From an uncultured Clostridia bacterium (GTDB lineage Bacteria > Bacillota > Thermosediminibacteria > Thermosediminibacterales > Tepidanaerobacteraceae): a stretch of DNA of 57,746 nucleotides. The notes under the pieces were generated by a model. That model saw nothing but the letters and a program-made list of their open reading frames with translations. It ran no database searches and had not been told where the DNA came from. Positions 54,915-57,746 of the stretch are shown one piece after another; within the stretch, counting starts at the first letter, position 1; the number at the start of each line of letters is the position of its first letter. The position numbers and the translations under genes are program-made. The stretch is taken from NCBI GenBank assembly GCA_964520055.1, contig CAZFME010000003.1, positions 1-57,746 on the forward strand, in the 5' to 3' direction.

Positions 54915-55523
54915 CTAAATAGTTTGATTCATAGCTTTATTTTGCTTTGTTAACAATATCTTTATTATGTATATAATTACATGCATTGAAATTATTGATG
55001 AAACTGCCTTTACGTAATCTATATAAAATGATGAAAGAAAAAAAATAATTGCGAGTAATAAACATTCTACTTTTCCCAGTAGAAAAGCCCAATTTTTTTT
55101 GTTTATCTTATCTTTGTCATAATCTATGAAGTCATCCCATAATTGAATAGTGACAATAATAAGTATCGAAGATGCCATATTTATTTTTAAAAATATAAAT
55201 CCTAGTATAACTACTATAATACTTTCTTGATAACTGTATAATCCAGAAGGCATTCTTGCAGTTAATTCCCCTGCCATTCCTACGGCAAAGCTAGCTAAAA
55301 ACAAGCTTAATGATACAACAGGATCCAGCATAAATGCCAATGATAATAATAACAGTGCGTAAGGCAATCCACCGTATTCAATAGCGGTAAATATATTTTG
55401 TTGTTTCTCAAGAATGTCAATATCTTGGTCCATATAGTCATCCATTATTTTTATTACCAAACCTGTGAAAAACACACTAAAAAACTTTTTTAACAAATAC
55501 ATCTCAGATATTGTGAGCAACAA
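54915..55523 (-). CDS. Polytopic membrane protein with a duplicated Asp-rich motif (DDxxDxDxD)
   Basis: IMDDYMDQDID (aa 26-36) and LWDDFIDYDKD (aa 128-138), each after a TM helix, 102 aa apart. TTG 55523 follows GAGGTGA by 6 nt and overlaps the GTPase 3' end. ATG 55502 is the alternative start. Confidence 0.6.
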   Translation of the reverse strand: MLLTISEMYLLKKFFSVFFTGLVIKIMDDYMDQDIDILEKQQNIFTAIEYGGLPYALLLLSLAFMLDPVVSLSLFLASFAVGMAGELTARMPSGLYSYQESIIVVILGFIFLKINMASSILIIVTIQLWDDFIDYDKDKINKKNWAFLLGKVECLLLAIIFFLSSFYIDYVKAVSSIISMHVIIYIIKILLTKQNKAMNQTI

Positions 55524-56112
55524 ACGTTTTCACCTCTTTAAAGCCTCTTTTGTAGAGTGCCGAAACAGGGAATATCACATTCCCTGTAAATTCTTGTTTT
55601 ATTTTTGCTAACCCTTGTTCTGCTCCCGGAAGGTCTATTTTATTTGCCAAGATTGCGTAACCCCTTTTTAATTGAGCAAATTGAGCAATCTGGTAATCCA
55701 CTTCACCCATGGAACTCGGCAAGTCTTTATGTTTAGCAGCACTGGCATCAATAATATGAAGAATAATATCAGAATCTCGTATTATTGTAAGAGTTTGCGA
55801 AATAGCTTTTCGAATTTCCGCGTCAGGATGGATGCCATCTATAAACCCAGCAGTATCTATAATTCTAATCCTTTTTTTGCCTTTACCTATTGGAATATTC
55901 ACTGTAACTGCCTGAATGCAAAGAGTTTTGTGAGGATTTTCATCTACAAGGCGAGAAATGGCAGTTTTGGGGTAAATCTTCTCGGAGGTTTTAAAACCTT
56001 CATTATTAATAAATTCCATATCTAGGGACTTTACTCCAAAATATTCTGCAAAATTTATTAAAAATAATGTTTTTCCCACATTGGTTTTTCCTATTATGGT
56101 ACATCGCCTCAC
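55504..56112 (-). CDS. Stand-alone small GTPase (G domain only, 202 aa)
   Basis: G1 GKTNVGKT, G3 DTAG, G4 NKID, G5 SAL. GTG start overlaps the spoVK stop (GTGA), SD GGAGG. Occupies the position of hflX (ynbA) in B. subtilis but lacks the HflX N-domain. Confidence 0.8.
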   Translation of the reverse strand: MRRCTIIGKTNVGKTLFLINFAEYFGVKSLDMEFINNEGFKTSEKIYPKTAISRLVDENPHKTLCIQAVTVNIPIGKGKKRIRIIDTAGFIDGIHPDAEIRKAISQTLTIIRDSDIILHIIDASAAKHKDLPSSMGEVDYQIAQFAQLKRGYAILANKIDLPGAEQGLAKIKQEFTGNVIFPVSALYKRGFKEVKTFVAHNI

Positions 56113-57110
56113 TTAACCTCCACCTCCGAAATATCCTCGGGCTTTATTTGAAGCAGATCTTCACGAGAAATCCTTCTTTGATTTACCAGACGGAGTGCCT
56201 GACGACGTAAGGCTTTTTCAATCATATTGCGAACCAATCGTGCATTCCCTAATTTATCATAAAACATATCATTTTTACTATTTTGCAAAAGACTTTCAAA
56301 CTTAAATAATGCTTCAGAGCTAAACCTATATTGTCTTTTTTCGACCATCATTTTAGCAATCTGCATCAATTCGTCAACACTATAGTCGTTAAATTCAATT
56401 TGTATGGGAAACCTAGAGCGAAGACCTGGGTTTATCTGTAAGAACCAATCCATCTCATCTTTATACCCCGCTAAAATTACAATAAGGTTATATTTTTGGT
56501 CCTCCATTGCTTTTACAAGACTATCTATGCACTCCTTACCAAAATCTTTTTCTCCTCCTCTTCCTAAAGAATATGCCTCATCAACGAACAATATCCCTCC
56601 AAGAGCTCGTCTGATTTGTTCTCGAGTTTTTTGGGCTGTGTGCCCTATGTATTCTCCCACAAGATCTGCCCTCTCTACTTCAACTAGATGTCCTTTTGGA
56701 AGAACCTCAAGTTCTTTAAATATGTCTCCTAGTATTCTCGCAACAGTAGTTTTCCCTGTACCGGGATTTCCCTTAAAAATCATGTGCATTACTAATGGTT
56801 CATTAATTAATCCTTCCTGTTTTCTACGTCTTTGAATTTCAATAAATGCTTGAATCTCTTTAACTAAGATTTTAACCTTTTTTAATCCTACTAGAGAATC
56901 AAGTTCTTCCATTATTTCTTCAATATCCTTTGATTGAGGTTTCTCATATGGGTGAACGGGTATACTGTTTTTTTTATTCTCAAATTGCATTAATATGTTA
57001 ATAGCTTCTGATGGAGTTATCTCACCTTCATTAATTAGATTATATATATCGTTCGGCTCATTAAAATTGATATTTATATCCGAAATCATCCTCATAAGTC
57101 TCCACTCCAT
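56109..57110 (-). CDS. spoVK: Stage V sporulation protein K (AAA+ ATPase)
   Basis: [14 protein letters not shown] Walker [11 protein letters not shown] Walker B, and a SpoVK/CbbX-type C-terminal helical region. spoVK-GTPase-ynbB order as in Bacillus. Confidence 0.88.
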   Translation of the reverse strand: MEWRLMRMISDININFNEPNDIYNLINEGEITPSEAINILMQFENKKNSIPVHPYEKPQSKDIEEIMEELDSLVGLKKVKILVKEIQAFIEIQRRRKQEGLINEPLVMHMIFKGNPGTGKTTVARILGDIFKELEVLPKGHLVEVERADLVGEYIGHTAQKTREQIRRALGGILFVDEAYSLGRGGEKDFGKECIDSLVKAMEDQKYNLIVILAGYKDEMDWFLQINPGLRSRFPIQIEFNDYSVDELMQIAKMMVEKRQYRFSSEALFKFESLLQNSKNDMFYDKLGNARLVRNMIEKALRRQALRLVNQRRISREDLLQIKPEDISEVEVK

Positions 57111-57155
57111 ATTAAGTAAAGTATATTATTATATTCAATATATATCCAAAGTGTT

Positions 57156-57198
57156 AAAAAAATTTAATCCCAGAAGAAAAATCTCCTGGGATTAAATT
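57156..57198 (-). terminator. Minus-strand Rho-independent terminator upstream of spoVK
   Basis: AATTTAATCCCAG (57161-57173) / CTGGGATTAAATT (57186-57198), a perfect 13-bp stem. On the minus strand it is followed by TTTTT (57156-57160). Confidence 0.7.
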
Positions 57199-57225
57199 TG
57201 TAAACTCATTTTACACTATTATACC

Positions 57226-57251
57226 GAACACCGCATAAAATTGCGGTGTTC
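57226..57251. repeat. Perfect 10-bp inverted repeat next to the truncated transposase
   Basis: GAACACCGCA (57226-57235) / TGCGGTGTTC (57242-57251), 6-nt loop. Lies 23 nt beyond the end of the transposase fragment. Confidence 0.5.
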
Positions 57252-57273
57252 ACGATAAAATGGACACATAAAG

Positions 57274-57450
57274 TTAGATTGAGTTATCTCCTTGGTTACT
57301 ATGCTTGTGATGATCCAAATGTTCGTCCATTTCTGCTTCAAAGATTTCTTGTAGGGTGTCCTTAAATAGGTTCTTTAACATGTCACGGACATCCTCTATA
57401 GAGTGGCATTCTCTTGCCAGTTCGTCTTTCATTTCTTTAATGTTTTGCAT
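57274..57450 (-). pseudogene. N-terminal fragment (58 codons) of an IS256-family (mutator-type) transposase
   Basis: MQNIKEMKDELARECHSIEDVRDMLKNLFKDTLQEIFEAEMDEHL..HKHSN matches the conserved IS256-family N-terminus (..QD...LK.L....Q.MLEAE.DEHLGYEK.S). SD AAGGAGAG. The frame ends at 57274 and no continuation exists in any frame. Confidence 0.65.
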
Positions 57451-57746
57451 AAATGGTCTCTCCTTTTCATTGGTAATTATAACCATTTACACAAAACTTT
57501 AGTCGTTTTCTCCGGTGCCCGACAATTAGGCCGGAAGACTTACGTAAGAATTAAGCGACAATCTAAGTCGGAGCTAGCACTAAAATGATACTTATTATCT
57601 AAATTGTTTCTAACTTGCATAACACCCTTTACTTTTATATGTTTTTTCTATTATATGTGTAAATATTAGATCTGATTTTATATTAAAAATAGCTTTATCA
57701 TAGCAATATGGAAGATAGACTTAGTCATAGTAAGAGTTCCCCTCTA

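Noticed and set aside
55672-56835. Plus-strand ORFs of 117 aa and 143 aa inside the GTPase and spoVK genes
   Set aside because: They are antisense to genes with unambiguous motif support (AAA+ and G-domain). They have no translation signals.
1-57746. Window-wide scan for CRISPR arrays, prophage or integrase modules, toxin-antitoxin pairs and known defence genes
   Set aside because: I saw no spaced direct-repeat arrays, no phage structural or integrase genes (xerD is the chromosomal dif recombinase) and no recognisable defence or TA motifs. The only mobile-element trace is the IS256 fragment at the right edge.

Overview
This is a 57.7-kb, AT-rich, almost fully coding chromosomal segment from an endospore-forming Firmicute with Clostridia-like gene content. 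I support about 60 protein genes, 5 tRNAs (a Met/Ile2-CAT, Thr-TGT, Tyr-GTA, Lys-CTT cluster plus a separate Trp-CCA), one lysine riboswitch, many Rho-independent terminators, several near-consensus sigma-A promoters and one IS256-family transposase fragment. The backbone runs spoIVB-spo0A, spoIIM-xerD-dacF-spoIIAA-spoIIAB-sigF-spoVAC/D/E-lysA, scpA-scpB-ytfI/J-dacB, rluB, speE-speB, cmk-plsC-ispH::S1-idi2, speH, ypmA-aspB, lexA, and ynbB...spoVK on the minus strand. This order mirrors the known Bacillus subtilis sporulation/housekeeping synteny. The most interesting parts are the departures from that backbone. (1) A roughly 9-kb block lies between dacB and rluB. It holds a RidA / SelA-like PLP enzyme / Cys-rich flavoprotein operon and a separately regulated module built around a 605-aa protein with an N-terminal cobalamin-binding domain, a P-loop protein and a ProC-like reductase. 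This is my best candidate for an uncharacterised B12-dependent pathway. (2) A split, order-permuted HgdC-type activase trio sits between spoVA and lysA. (3) Inside the spoVK-ynbB operon, a G-domain-only GTPase is translationally coupled to a membrane protein with a duplicated DDxxDxDxD motif. (4) An orphan ABC ATPase carries an extra C-terminal domain. I saw no CRISPR array, prophage or recognisable defence genes. All calls come from motif and architecture recognition by eye. No database search or folding computation was run.
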